DNA of 64,000 nt. It comes from Candidatus Woesearchaeota archaeon. GTDB taxonomy: Archaea > Nanobdellota > Nanobdellia > Woesearchaeales > JAZDKJ01. The notes under the pieces are model-generated. The model searched no databases, had not been told where the DNA came from, and saw nothing but the letters and a program-made list of their open reading frames with translations. The DNA lies in NCBI GenBank assembly GCA_043803105.1, contig JAZDKJ010000012.1, forward strand, positions 23,337 to 87,336, written 5' to 3'. The translations under genes and the position numbers were made by a program. Positions 45,091 through 53,930 of the stretch are shown one piece after another (the stretch's first letter is position 1; each line of letters opens with the position of its first letter).

Positions 45091-46179
45091 ATGAAAGCCT
45101 TGGCCTGGACTAATAAGGGAATCGAATTCTTGGCTGCGCAAGAGCTGAAACTCTTGAAGATTAACCAGATTGAGACCAAAGGTCAATTGCTTTTGTTTGA
45201 CATTCCCTCTTATGATAACCTTGCAATGCTCTGCTATTGTGCCCGTTCTATTCGTGGTGTCATTCTTCTTCTGGGCTCGGCAAATAATGATGACCTGCTT
45301 ACAGCAATAAATAAGGCTTCATTTCCCGTTTGGTTCAACAGTAAAACAAGCTTTGCTGCCCGCTGCCATGGCCTCGATTCATCCCCTGCCTTATCTGAAG
45401 CTGAGGTAGGTAATCTAGTTAACGAGAAAACAGGCTCCAAAGTGGACTTGACTAATCCACAAGTGACTTTCCTTGTGATTTCCCAGGATAACCTTTGTTA
45501 TTTTGGTGTTGATTTTGCAGGCACTGACCTTGGCAAGCGCGATTACAAGGTTTTTTCCACCAGGCAGTCACTCAAGGGTAATGTTGCGTTCTCCATGCTT
45601 CTCTTAGCTGGTTTTAAGCCATCCCAGGTCCTGCTCGACCCATTTGGTCGTGACGGGATTATTGGCATTGAGGCAGCCCTTTTTTCTTTGGCCAAAAGTC
45701 CGCATTTCTTCAACAGGGAGAAATTTGCTTTTGTTAAGCTGTCTCTTGGCTTGGACAAATTCTCTGCGTGGGACAAGTCTATTTCAAAGCCTTCTGACAT
45801 ACGTATTTATGACTCGCTCTTCCACAATGTTGCGGCAATAAAGAAGAATGCAAGGATTGCCGGGGTGGACAAGACGATCGCTGTTTCACGTATTGATGTG
45901 GATTGGCTCGATGTCAAGATGGGCAGGGAGTCTGTTGATGCTATTGTATCTTATCCGCCACAGCTTACTTTGAGGAGTGATGCCAAGGCAATCGCAAAAC
46001 TTTATGGTGAGCTCTTTCATCAGGCAGAGTTTGTGTTAAAGAAGAACTGCAGGATGGTGTTGGCAATGCACTCCATTGATGTCTTGAATGGGATAAAGAC
46101 ATCCCTTAAGCAGGAAAAGCCGATTGCTGCCTATCAGGGTGATGCTGTTCTCTTCTTGGTTGTTCTACAAAAGCTTTAA
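45091..46179 (+). CDS. THUMP-domain RNA methyltransferase (tRNA m2G methyltransferase Trm14/TrmN-like)
   Basis: LLDPFGRDGIIGIEAAL SAM-binding motif and SYPPQ (DPPY-like) motif. Confidence 0.6.
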   Translation: MKALAWTNKGIEFLAAQELKLLKINQIETKGQLLLFDIPSYDNLAMLCYCARSIRGVILLLGSANNDDLLTAINKASFPVWFNSKTSFAARCHGLDSSPALSEAEVGNLVNEKTGSKVDLTNPQVTFLVISQDNLCYFGVDFAGTDLGKRDYKVFSTRQSLKGNVAFSMLLLAGFKPSQVLLDPFGRDGIIGIEAALFSLAKSPHFFNREKFAFVKLSLGLDKFSAWDKSISKPSDIRIYDSLFHNVAAIKKNARIAGVDKTIAVSRIDVDWLDVKMGRESVDAIVSYPPQLTLRSDAKAIAKLYGELFHQAEFVLKKNCRMVLAMHSIDVLNGIKTSLKQEKPIAAYQGDAVLFLVVLQKL

Positions 46180-46206
46180 AAACTAGCCAATCCTTCTCTG
46201 TTTTGT

Positions 46207-46551
46207 GGTAGGATAGGAGCTTAGCTCTCGCAAAATTGTGAGGAAAGTCCGCCCACACATAGCAAAGGTTGCGGATTTCGTGACCCTCGCTAGGAACTGG
46301 CCACTCTTCGGAGGTCCCGAAAGGGGCGGCTACTGAACAGAAACGAAACGGCCCATTGCACTGGAATGAGGCAGAAAACGTCCTGGTGACAGGATCGAGC
46401 TAACCTGCCGACGACGCTTTGGGATTCGGTGGAACGGCAAGCCCTGGCTTGTGCAAGTCGAAAAGACGCTTAGTTGAATGCTAAGACAGACCATCGCTTT
46501 GTTTTTCGCAAAGTTTGGGTCTGACAGAAGGCGGCTTATTTCTATCCTACC
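46207..46551 (+). ncRNA. rnpB: RNase P RNA
   Basis: GAGGAAAGUCCGCCCACAC (P4 region), ACAGAAACGAAACGG motif, terminal P1 helix GGUAGGAUAG...CUAUCCUACC. Confidence 0.75.
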
Positions 46552-46589
46552 CAAAATTTTTTAAGCAAGTTAGTATTTTATGATAGAAA

Positions 46590-46766
46590 ATGGCGCAAGA
46601 CAAGATAACAATGCCGACGAGTACAGCCGGTATTACAAGGTATTTTGACGACTATAAGAGCAAGATTGAGTTTAAGCCAGGCCACATCATCATCCTCTGT
46701 ATCATAGTGATTATTCTCTCGTTGGCTCTGCAGGCTTATGGTTCCTCTCTTCTTAGCATCCCATGA
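46590..46766 (+). CDS. secG: preprotein translocase subunit Sec61-beta (SecG), 58 aa, not in ORF track
   Basis: MAQDKITMPTSTAGITRYFDDYKSKIEFKPGHIIILCIIVIILSLAL matches archaeal Sec-beta (SSGAGLxRYF + C-terminal TM); ATGA overlap with the next gene. Confidence 0.6.
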   Translation: MAQDKITMPTSTAGITRYFDDYKSKIEFKPGHIIILCIIVIILSLALQAYGSSLLSIP

Positions 46767-47095
46767 ACCTAAACAACAGGCAGATTCAGCACGCAATGAA
46801 GCGTATGGGCATTGCCCAAGTTGATATTCCGGCAACCGAGGTTATTATTAGGACCGCTGATTCTGAGATTGTAATTTCGGATCCTCAGGTTGCAAAGGTA
46901 AACATGATGGGCCAGACGACCTTCCAGGTTTCAGGAAATATCTCAGAAAGGCCGATTTCTTCAGAGCCAGAAATCAATGAGGAAGACATTGCCACAGTAA
47001 TGGACCAGACTGGCGCAACAAAAGAGAAAGCCCTCTCAGCAATCAAGGCTGCAAAAGGCGACCTTGCCCAGGCGATTCTTGACCTTAAATCTTGA
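46763..47095 (+). CDS. nac: nascent polypeptide-associated complex protein (NAC alpha) with UBA-like C-terminus
   Basis: NNRQIQHAMKRMGIA...VIIRTADSEIVISDPQVAKV...GQTTFQVSG...EEDIATVMDQTGATKEKALSAIKAAKGDLAQAI. Confidence 0.75.
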   Translation: MNLNNRQIQHAMKRMGIAQVDIPATEVIIRTADSEIVISDPQVAKVNMMGQTTFQVSGNISERPISSEPEINEEDIATVMDQTGATKEKALSAIKAAKGDLAQAILDLKS

Positions 47096-47807
47096 TAAGA
47101 GTAAGAAACAAGCCATCTTCGTCTTTTTTTGGGAGTCTAAAGCCAGCGCTCTTATAAAGTTCGTTGATATCTTTTTCTTGAAACCTGACCTTTTCGCTGC
47201 TTTCGCTTGCGATAACCTTGTCTGCAAGTTGTACATGTAGCACATAGTAATTCTTAGTAAAACTGTCCTCCCCCAACCAAACTAATGATTGCCTGTAAAA
47301 TAGTCCATCTCCAATTGGGAGCACTAACTCCTGATCATGTTCTTGATGTATATTTACTGCAAACACCCCGTTATCTCTCAGATGCATGTTTACTCTTTTT
47401 AGTGCTTTCGCCACTTCCCAAATGTCCTCCAGGTATGTTTCCACCAGAGGCTTGTCTTTTATATGCCATATGAAGCCCCCATGCGAGATGATTGCATCGT
47501 AGGTTTTTCCAGTGTCCATCTCCATAATATTTTGCTCATAGATTGGCAGGTTTAAGTTCTGCTCAATAATCTTCTTTCTGGCAATCTCTATCATTGCTCT
47601 TGAGCAGTCTACTCCCTCCACTCTGTAGCCTAGTTTCGCAAGTTCTATTCCAATAATTGCTGTTCCGATTGAAACCTCAAGTACATCCTTTTTGTCTCCA
47701 AGAATTTTCTCCAGACTGCTGATTGCCTTTTTATAGTCGCAATACCCGCCTAATGCGATTCTGTCATAGAACTCAGCGATTCCATCATAGAAGTTGTTCC
47801 TTTGCAT
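47085..47807 (-). CDS. class I SAM-dependent methyltransferase
   Basis: VLEVSIGTAIIGIELAKLGYRVEGVDCS motif I. Confidence 0.65.
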   Translation of the reverse strand: MQRNNFYDGIAEFYDRIALGGYCDYKKAISSLEKILGDKKDVLEVSIGTAIIGIELAKLGYRVEGVDCSRAMIEIARKKIIEQNLNLPIYEQNIMEMDTGKTYDAIISHGGFIWHIKDKPLVETYLEDIWEVAKALKRVNMHLRDNGVFAVNIHQEHDQELVLPIGDGLFYRQSLVWLGEDSFTKNYYVLHVQLADKVIASESSEKVRFQEKDINELYKSAGFRLPKKDEDGLFLTLIKI

Positions 47808-47851
47808 AAAGAAGAAATGTTATGATATTTCTTAAAGCTTTACTTCAGAAA

Positions 47852-48679
47852 TTAAGCAGCAAAAGCTTGTTCACAGGGTTGGTACTCAACCTTGCTTCCA
47901 TATTTCTGTACCAGCATCTCGTTTAAGGCTTGGATCTTTTGGTTCTTCACTTCCACCATCTTGCCATCTACCCGTTGCCTGTAAATTCCTTGCAGTGCAT
48001 TGTATTGTTTGTTGTACACAAAATGCAGGTCTTCCACTAGGCCATCCTTATCAAAATGTGATAGTCTGCCGATTCCAGCACCTACAGGTGTTTCCTGCAA
48101 TAGGATTGTGTCCACATCTCCTCCTAAGTTCAGTTTATTCACTAGCGCTGGTGTGAGCACAGCAGCCCATGTTTTTGTTCCTGCATATTGTACGGGGATG
48201 TGCCCGTCAAGTGACAGGAAATCCTTTGAGAGCCTTCTTTCGAGGTTCTCATCTACAGGAAAATCAGGGTGCCAGTTCTTGAATTCTCCTCTCATTGAAT
48301 ACATTAGTTCACCCTGTGAATTGTAAAGAAGCTTAATGTCCCTTTTGTCGTTCGCGACTAGGTATTGCTTAAATCCTTCTTTTCCATCTACTTTCACTGG
48401 CTCGCCAATTGCGTTCGGCCTGCCCATAACCTCAGATGCCTTCGCTAGAATCTTTTCCCCATCAAAAGCCATGATGAGCCCGTTATAATAAGGGTTCTCA
48501 AAGTCAGGGCCTTCTCCCAGGATTTTTCCATCAAGGCCAATCACCCTTCCTTCTTTGTGGTCTAGATGTGGAATAACCTTAGGCAGGATTCTTTCATAAA
48601 CATATTCGGTCATCCATTCAAATGGTTTGCTCAGCATACGCATAATATACTTTTTACTATATTTATACCTTATTACCAC
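47852..48679 (-). CDS. conserved hypothetical protein
   Basis: ORF track; no family recognised with confidence. Confidence 0.4.
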   Translation of the reverse strand: MVIRYKYSKKYIMRMLSKPFEWMTEYVYERILPKVIPHLDHKEGRVIGLDGKILGEGPDFENPYYNGLIMAFDGEKILAKASEVMGRPNAIGEPVKVDGKEGFKQYLVANDKRDIKLLYNSQGELMYSMRGEFKNWHPDFPVDENLERRLSKDFLSLDGHIPVQYAGTKTWAAVLTPALVNKLNLGGDVDTILLQETPVGAGIGRLSHFDKDGLVEDLHFVYNKQYNALQGIYRQRVDGKMVEVKNQKIQALNEMLVQKYGSKVEYQPCEQAFAA

Positions 48680-48745
48680 ATATTTTTTATTTTTGTATAA
48701 AACAAAGGCAAGATTTATAAATTAATAAAGAACAAGTTACATAAA

Positions 48746-49726
48746 ATGCAAAATATTGACCGAGACCTGATATTTCTTTACTCTGAGAACCTGAGGCAAA
48801 GGCTGACAGACCTTTCCTCTTTGCTAAAAAAAAGCCCTCAGAGGCTGAGGTATTCCTTGAAAACATTTGAGGATGAGCGTTTTCTGCACAACCCGCATTG
48901 TATTTTTGACTATTCTTATTTTGGCCTTATCCTCTTCAGGGTCTACTTTAAGGGAGGTTACATAAGCGAAAAAGACAAGACGGGCATCATCAAGGAGCTC
49001 ACCCTTAGCCCTTATGTTGTTTCTGTTTACGAGCTCAGCGGTGAGTTTGATTTGTCTATCGAGTTAATAGCCCCCAATCCCTCCAAGTTCAACAAGGAAT
49101 TTAAGAAATTGACTTATCTTATTCCCACACTAAATAATTACAAGGTCCTGCTCAATGTCGTCACTCACATCTATCCTAGGTTCTACCTGACAAAGAATAA
49201 TCTCATAAGGCAGAGGGTCCAGCACGAAATAATTGTTGGCGGTGATAGGACTGTTGTCTCTTTCAAAGAGTCAGAATTAGAGTTGATAAAACATATCCTC
49301 TTTAATCCAAAGGCAAGGATGACCTCGCTTGCTAAGGATGCATCTCTCAACAGGACTACCGCCCTTTCTGTTTTCAAGAAATTGATAAGAAAGCGAATAA
49401 TCAAGGGTTTTAAGTATTTTGTAAATACCAATGCTCTGGGTATCTTTCGTTTTCGGCTTTTTCTCAAGCTGCACAATCTTAGCCAGGAGCGTGAGACAGA
49501 GTTTATGGCTTATCTTTCTAAGGTAGATGAGGTGGTGCAGGTAAATAAGACAGTTGGGGATTGGGACATTGAGATTGACATCGAAAGCTTTAGCAAGGCC
49601 ACAGTGCGTTCGATTATCATCGGGCTTCGTGAGCAATTTAGCGACTTGATCGAGACTTTCAACAGCATTGAATTCTATCAATCATACAAGAAAGCATTTC
49701 TTCCCACCTATTTGTTTGAATCATGA
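48746..49726 (+). CDS. fused tandem Lrp/AsnC-like protein (two HTH + RAM-domain modules)
   Basis: Two successive segments each with an N-terminal HTH-like region and a RAM-like beta-alpha-beta region (LILFRVYFKGG...VYELSGEFDLSIELIA; ALGIFRFRLFLKLHN...VGDWDIEIDIES). Confidence 0.45.
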   Translation: MQNIDRDLIFLYSENLRQRLTDLSSLLKKSPQRLRYSLKTFEDERFLHNPHCIFDYSYFGLILFRVYFKGGYISEKDKTGIIKELTLSPYVVSVYELSGEFDLSIELIAPNPSKFNKEFKKLTYLIPTLNNYKVLLNVVTHIYPRFYLTKNNLIRQRVQHEIIVGGDRTVVSFKESELELIKHILFNPKARMTSLAKDASLNRTTALSVFKKLIRKRIIKGFKYFVNTNALGIFRFRLFLKLHNLSQERETEFMAYLSKVDEVVQVNKTVGDWDIEIDIESFSKATVRSIIIGLREQFSDLIETFNSIEFYQSYKKAFLPTYLFES

Positions 49727-50229
49727 CAACATTTTTAAACTCTTTTTGCCTTATAGTGCCCATGGAAAAGTTTGAGGATTCTTTTCTTAAGGCAAAGCGT
49801 CACCTGCAGATCGCTGACCACATGGTTTACGTGACCTATGGCTTGGTGAAAGACCCCAGGCTTTTGCTCTCAGTTCTTGACAATGTTTTTCTCGCCTTCA
49901 CCAATTCCATGTCCTCCATTCTGCACTATGAAAACTTATTTAAACGAGTGCCTCCTTTTCCTGATAACTTTGAGGCAAAGTTTGCCTTGTTTAGGGAATC
50001 CTGCCTCTCAAGGTACAACATACATAAGGACTATCTTCCCTTGATGCGCGAGCTTAAGGGATTGATTGTTGCGCACAAGAAAAGCCCTGTCGAGTTCGCG
50101 AGAAATGATCGCTTTGTCATCTGTTCGGATGATTACCGGATGCAGGTCATTTCTGTCGAGCAAATCAAGTGTTATGTTGCCCAGGCAAAATTGTTTATCC
50201 AGGATATAAGCGTGATTATCAAAAGATGA
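49723..50229 (+). CDS. hypothetical protein, paralog A of a tandem pair
   Basis: KAKRHLQIADHMVYVTYGL parallels P2 KRADHLIYVSLKY. Confidence 0.45.
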   Translation: MTTFLNSFCLIVPMEKFEDSFLKAKRHLQIADHMVYVTYGLVKDPRLLLSVLDNVFLAFTNSMSSILHYENLFKRVPPFPDNFEAKFALFRESCLSRYNIHKDYLPLMRELKGLIVAHKKSPVEFARNDRFVICSDDYRMQVISVEQIKCYVAQAKLFIQDISVIIKR

Positions 50230-50678
50230 GAGAAGTTTTGGGCGAAGCTAACGAGGAGTTGAAGCGGGCTGACCATCTTATTTATGTTAGCCTAAAGTAT
50301 ACGAGAAGTGTTGATGTAATTAAGAGTGTGTTTGAGCGTCTTATCAATGCATATAGCATAGTCTTTCGAGGTCTTCTTGTCAAAGCCAAGGAGAAAAAAC
50401 TTCTTGCACAGATTCCTACCTCTCCCGGTAGCCAATGTGACTTGGTAAGGGAAATTTACAGGGATGATCTGGAGCTGCTTGATTATATCAAGTTTTATCT
50501 TCTCCTGCGCAAGATGGATCAAGGAAAATTCACTCGGGCGCATGAGTTTCGGCGAAATGTGACTATGACAGTCACTGTGGACAATAAGCAGATGGAAGTC
50601 AACATAGACATTGTCACTGAATATTATAAGCGTTCACTGAAATTTTTGGAATATGCAAAGGAGCGTTTCCTCAGGTAG
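50226..50678 (+). CDS. hypothetical protein, paralog B (start at internal ATG MREVLGE)
   Basis: Paralogy to 49723..50229; 4-nt overlap arrangement. Confidence 0.45.
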   Translation: MREVLGEANEELKRADHLIYVSLKYTRSVDVIKSVFERLINAYSIVFRGLLVKAKEKKLLAQIPTSPGSQCDLVREIYRDDLELLDYIKFYLLLRKMDQGKFTRAHEFRRNVTMTVTVDNKQMEVNIDIVTEYYKRSLKFLEYAKERFLR

Positions 50679-50681
50679 ACA

Positions 50682-51128
50682 ATGCAAAATCGTCTGCGGC
50701 GAAAGGGTTGGTCATCAACTGATCTTGCCAAATTGGATAAATATTCTGTCAAGCGCCTGCATTTGTTTTGGATTGTAATTATTTCTGCAGTTCTGGTTAA
50801 CATGGTTTTGGCCTTTGTTTTTATCCCTGTGTTTCTGGGTCTAAAGAATGTCCCAATGTTTGCTCTGGTTATTGCAACTGGTGTCTGCTTTGGCCTTTTG
50901 TTCTTCAACCTCTTGAGGAATGTCGATGTGTTTACTTATCGTCATCATCTCGCTGTCGCGATTGTGCCAGCATTTGCTGCAGTCTCAATTTTCTTCTCGA
51001 GCGAGATCGCCAATTCAGTTGCGCCACTTCTGCATAGCATCCGCCATTCATCTGTTATGCTCGGTTTGTTGTACGCCTTTAGCTTTGAGCTGCCCATTTT
51101 CATTGGCTTTCTTTACATCAAGGATTGA
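50682..51128 (+). CDS. hypothetical 4-TM membrane protein
   Basis: ORF track; hydrophobic. Confidence 0.45.
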   Translation: MQNRLRRKGWSSTDLAKLDKYSVKRLHLFWIVIISAVLVNMVLAFVFIPVFLGLKNVPMFALVIATGVCFGLLFFNLLRNVDVFTYRHHLAVAIVPAFAAVSIFFSSEIANSVAPLLHSIRHSSVMLGLLYAFSFELPIFIGFLYIKD

Positions 51129-51159
51129 GCGCAATCTTTATAATCTGTTTTGTTTCTCG

Positions 51160-51375
51160 AGTCCTTTGTGGCGGCCATGGTGTATCCCGGCAGCATAAGG
51201 GACTGTGGCGCTTTGCATAGACATCCCTTGGAGCGGGTTCAAAGGAGCTGAAAAGTCAGCTCGCACCTTCGTTCCACCTTCGGTGGAGTTGCCTGTTAGG
51301 CAACAGAGGTTGCAGAGCTTTTCAGATGTGAAAATCCCGCTGGCCGCCCTCTTTACCACAACCTTTTTAAAGGAC
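51160..51375 (+). ncRNA. candidate structured RNA of unknown class (long imperfect hairpin with two apical stem-loops), strand uncertain
   Basis: GC-rich, ORF-poor island; GUGGCGGCC...GGCCGCC, AGCGGG...CCCGCU, CUGAAAAG...CUUUUCAG pairings; apical CCACC-UUC-GGUGG and GUUGCC-UGUUA-GGCAAC hairpins. Confidence 0.3.
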
Positions 51376-51463
51376 TGCCAGTTTTTTCAGGTTATAAGCC
51401 CGAGTGCAGTTGTCTGTGCGTCCTTAGGGCAAGCGTGATAGCTTGTTCTCGGCACTTTTGATA

Positions 51464-51949
51464 ATGGAACCCAACTTCAAGCACATTGTCCGTATCATCA
51501 ATACTGACCTTAATGGCAACAAGCAGATTTTGTATGCCTTAAGGAAAATCAAGGGTGTTAATACTGTCATGGCCAACGCAATTCTTTTTGCCGCAGGTAT
51601 TGCCAAAGACAAGCGCACTGGTTTGTTAAGCGATATGGAGATTCGTACTATTGATGACGTCTTGAAAAATCCGGCAAAGCACAATCTTCCAAGCTGGCTC
51701 TACAATCGAAGAAAGGACCCTGAGACTGGTAATGACCGGTATCTTGTTGGTACTGATGTTGCTTTTGTCAAGGATAATGATATAAAGAAGATGAAGATGA
51801 TTCGCTGTTACAAGGGCTTCCGCCATATGGCTGGTTTGCCTGCAAGGGGTCAGCGCACCAAGGCCAATTTCAGAAGGACTAAAAGCAGGGGCAAGGGCGG
51901 TAGTCTTGGTGTTGTGAAGCGCGCTGGCGCAAAGCAAGGTCGTGGTTGA
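51464..51949 (+). CDS. rps13: 30S ribosomal protein S13 (uS13)
   Basis: FKHIVRIINTDLNGNKQILYALRKIKGVN... Confidence 0.9.
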   Translation: MEPNFKHIVRIINTDLNGNKQILYALRKIKGVNTVMANAILFAAGIAKDKRTGLLSDMEIRTIDDVLKNPAKHNLPSWLYNRRKDPETGNDRYLVGTDVAFVKDNDIKKMKMIRCYKGFRHMAGLPARGQRTKANFRRTKSRGKGGSLGVVKRAGAKQGRG

Positions 51950-52536
51950 AAATGGGAGACATAAAAAAGCAAAGGAAGAAGTTTGACAAGCCATTTCATC
52001 CCTGGCAGAAAGCCCGCCTTGATACTGAATCTGTTGTTGTCAAGGAGTATGCCTTGAAGAACAAGAAGGAGTTGTGGAAGATGCAGTCTAGGCTCAAGCA
52101 TTTCACAAGTCAGGCAAAGAAGCTTACCCCTGGTTTGAGGGGGGAGACTGAAAGGAATCTTCTCTTGTCAAGCTTAAGAAACCTTGGTGTGGTCAGCGAC
52201 TCCGCAACCATAGATGATGTCCTGAACCTTACGCTCAAGGATATTTTGGAAAAGAGGTTGCAGACATTTGTCTTTCGTAAGGGCTTTTCTCGTTCGATGA
52301 AACAAGCACGCCAATTCATTGTGCACAAGCATGTAATGGTTGGCTCAAAGGTTGTTGGCGTGCCTTCCTATCTGGTCTTGAAATCAGAAGAGTCTGCGAT
52401 TAGCTTCAGGGAATCCTCTGCACTCGCTTCAGTTGACCATCCAGAGCGCGTCGCAAAGACCGAGCCTAAAGAGAAAAAGGTCCAGCCTAAAAAGGAGCCT
52501 GTAAAGAGAAAGCCGAGGCAGGAGAAGAAACAATGA
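51946..52536 (+). CDS. rps4: 30S ribosomal protein S4 (uS4)
   Basis: [43 protein letters not shown]. Confidence 0.9.
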   Translation: MKMGDIKKQRKKFDKPFHPWQKARLDTESVVVKEYALKNKKELWKMQSRLKHFTSQAKKLTPGLRGETERNLLLSSLRNLGVVSDSATIDDVLNLTLKDILEKRLQTFVFRKGFSRSMKQARQFIVHKHVMVGSKVVGVPSYLVLKSEESAISFRESSALASVDHPERVAKTEPKEKKVQPKKEPVKRKPRQEKKQ

Positions 52537-52931
52537 GAACAGACAGTACTCGATGGGGTGTAGCTCACATTTATTCATCTTTCAATAATACTATTATCCA
52601 TATTACTGATATTACAGGTACAGAAACCATAGCCAAGGCATCTGGCGGCATGATGGTTAAGGCTGACAGGATGGAATCAAGCCCTACCGCTGCAATGATG
52701 GCTGCAAAAAAGGCTGCTGAGGCTGCTCTTGAGAAAGGAATCAACGGAATTCATGTGAAGATTCGCGCTCCAGGAGGCCATAACGGCCCAAGCAGCCCAG
52801 GACCTGGTGCTCAAGCTGCGATCAGGGCGCTGTCTCGAATGGGTCTTCGCATTGGCACTATTGAGGATGTAACCACAATTCCTCATGATGGCTGTCGCAA
52901 GAAAGGGGGAAAAAGGGGGAGGAGAGTATGA
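52533..52931 (+). CDS. rps11: 30S ribosomal protein S11 (uS11)
   Basis: [37 protein letters not shown]. Confidence 0.9.
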   Translation: MRTDSTRWGVAHIYSSFNNTIIHITDITGTETIAKASGGMMVKADRMESSPTAAMMAAKKAAEAALEKGINGIHVKIRAPGGHNGPSSPGPGAQAAIRALSRMGLRIGTIEDVTTIPHDGCRKKGGKRGRRV

Positions 52932-53728
52932 TTGACATCTCTTTGCTTGATTATGACAAGAAGAATGAGAAATGCTCTTTTTTGATTAAGGGAGCTGATT
53001 TTTCATTTGTTAACTCCATTAGGCGCTGCATTGTTGATTTTGTTCCCACCATGGCAATAGAGGACGTTGAGTTTCACAAGAATAGTTCTGTGCTGTATGA
53101 TGAGATTATTGCGCACAGGCTTGGGCTAATTCCCTTGGAGACTGATCTTAAGACTTATAATCTGCCAAGCAAGTGCAAGTGCAACGGCGCAGGATGTGCC
53201 AGGTGTACTCTAAAGCTTTCGCTTAAGGCAAAAGGCCCGGGTATCGCTGATGCCTCTCTATTGAAGTCCAAGGACCCTAAGGTCAAGCCTGTCTTTTCCG
53301 CCACCCCAATTGTCAAGCTGCTCAAAGGCCAGGAGCTTGAGTTTGAAGCAACTGCAGTCCTTGGTTTTGGAAAAGAGCATGCCAAGTGGTCTCCAGGTTT
53401 GGCTTACTACAAGAACAAGCCTGTCATCGAGATGTTGAAGAAGTGCGATAAGTGCGATATCTGTGTCAAGGATTGCCCGCAAAAGATTTTCGAGGTGAAG
53501 GGCAATAGCGTTGAATTGAACAAGGATAATGTTAACAAGTGTGACCTTTGTGGTGCGTGTTTTGAGCACTGCCCGAAGGGTGTCATACGCATTGGTGAAA
53601 AAGAGGATGAGTACATTTTTAACATCGAGTCTTGGGGTCAGCTCTCCTGCAAGGAGATTGTCAAGGAAGCTGCCGACTGTTTTGACAGCCTGCTCGATGA
53701 TTTGCTTGATAAACTAAAAGAGATGTAG
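52928..53728 (+). CDS. rpoD: DNA-directed RNA polymerase subunit D (Rpo3) with two 4Fe-4S cysteine motifs
   Basis: Position after S11; [12 protein letters not shown] and [12 protein letters not shown]. Confidence 0.85.
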   Translation: MIDISLLDYDKKNEKCSFLIKGADFSFVNSIRRCIVDFVPTMAIEDVEFHKNSSVLYDEIIAHRLGLIPLETDLKTYNLPSKCKCNGAGCARCTLKLSLKAKGPGIADASLLKSKDPKVKPVFSATPIVKLLKGQELEFEATAVLGFGKEHAKWSPGLAYYKNKPVIEMLKKCDKCDICVKDCPQKIFEVKGNSVELNKDNVNKCDLCGACFEHCPKGVIRIGEKEDEYIFNIESWGQLSCKEIVKEAADCFDSLLDDLLDKLKEM

Positions 53729-53731
53729 TTT

Positions 53732-53829
53732 GCGAGGGTGCCGGAGTGGCCAAACGGGCTAGGTTGAGGTTTGGTTAGCAAAAGCCTAGTGGCTTAGTGC
53801 CTGCGCGAGTTCGAACCTCGTCCCTCGCA
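53732..53829 (+). tRNA. tRNA-Leu (anticodon GAG) with about 14-nt intron adjacent to the anticodon loop and long variable arm
   Basis: Acceptor GCGAGGG/CCCUCGC + A73; D stem CCG/CGG; anticodon stem CUAGG/CCUAG enclosing UUGAGG...; T arm GCGAG-UUCGAAC-CUCGU. Confidence 0.75.
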
Positions 53830-53925
53830 TAATGGGTGTTTCGCCTGGGGCGAAGCGGCCACTGAAAGTGGCCTGAAGGTGTCAACGGACTTGGCCGTTG
53901 GTTCCCGAACCTCGTCCCTCGCATA
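53812..53925 (+). repeat. direct repeat of the tRNA-Leu 3' end (CGAACCTCGTCCCTCGCATA at 53812-53831 and 53906-53925) flanking a 75-nt hairpin-rich spacer
   Basis: Exact 20-nt duplication seen in sequence; spacer contains three hairpins (UUCGCC/GGCGAA, GGCCAC/GUGGCC, CAACGG/CCGUUG). Confidence 0.6.
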
Positions 53926-53930
53926 GCAAG

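Noticed and set aside
46330-46835. ORFs 46330..46554 (-) and 46578..46835 (-)
   Set aside because: They overlap RNase P RNA and the Sec61-beta/NAC-alpha genes respectively and have no independent support.
51150-51440. Initial idea that this structured region is the SRP RNA
   Set aside because: It lacks the GGUCAGG...GNRA...AGCAGCC helix-8 signature and its apical hairpins are too short. The signature is present instead at 62687-62718 on the minus strand.
53830-53925. Possible second tRNA or split-tRNA 3' half downstream of tRNA-Leu
   Set aside because: The sequence ends with the same acceptor/T-stem 3' strand, but the putative T-stem 5' strand (GUUGG) cannot pair with CUCGU, and there is no 5' acceptor strand or D-arm. 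It is retained only as a direct repeat / att-like scar.
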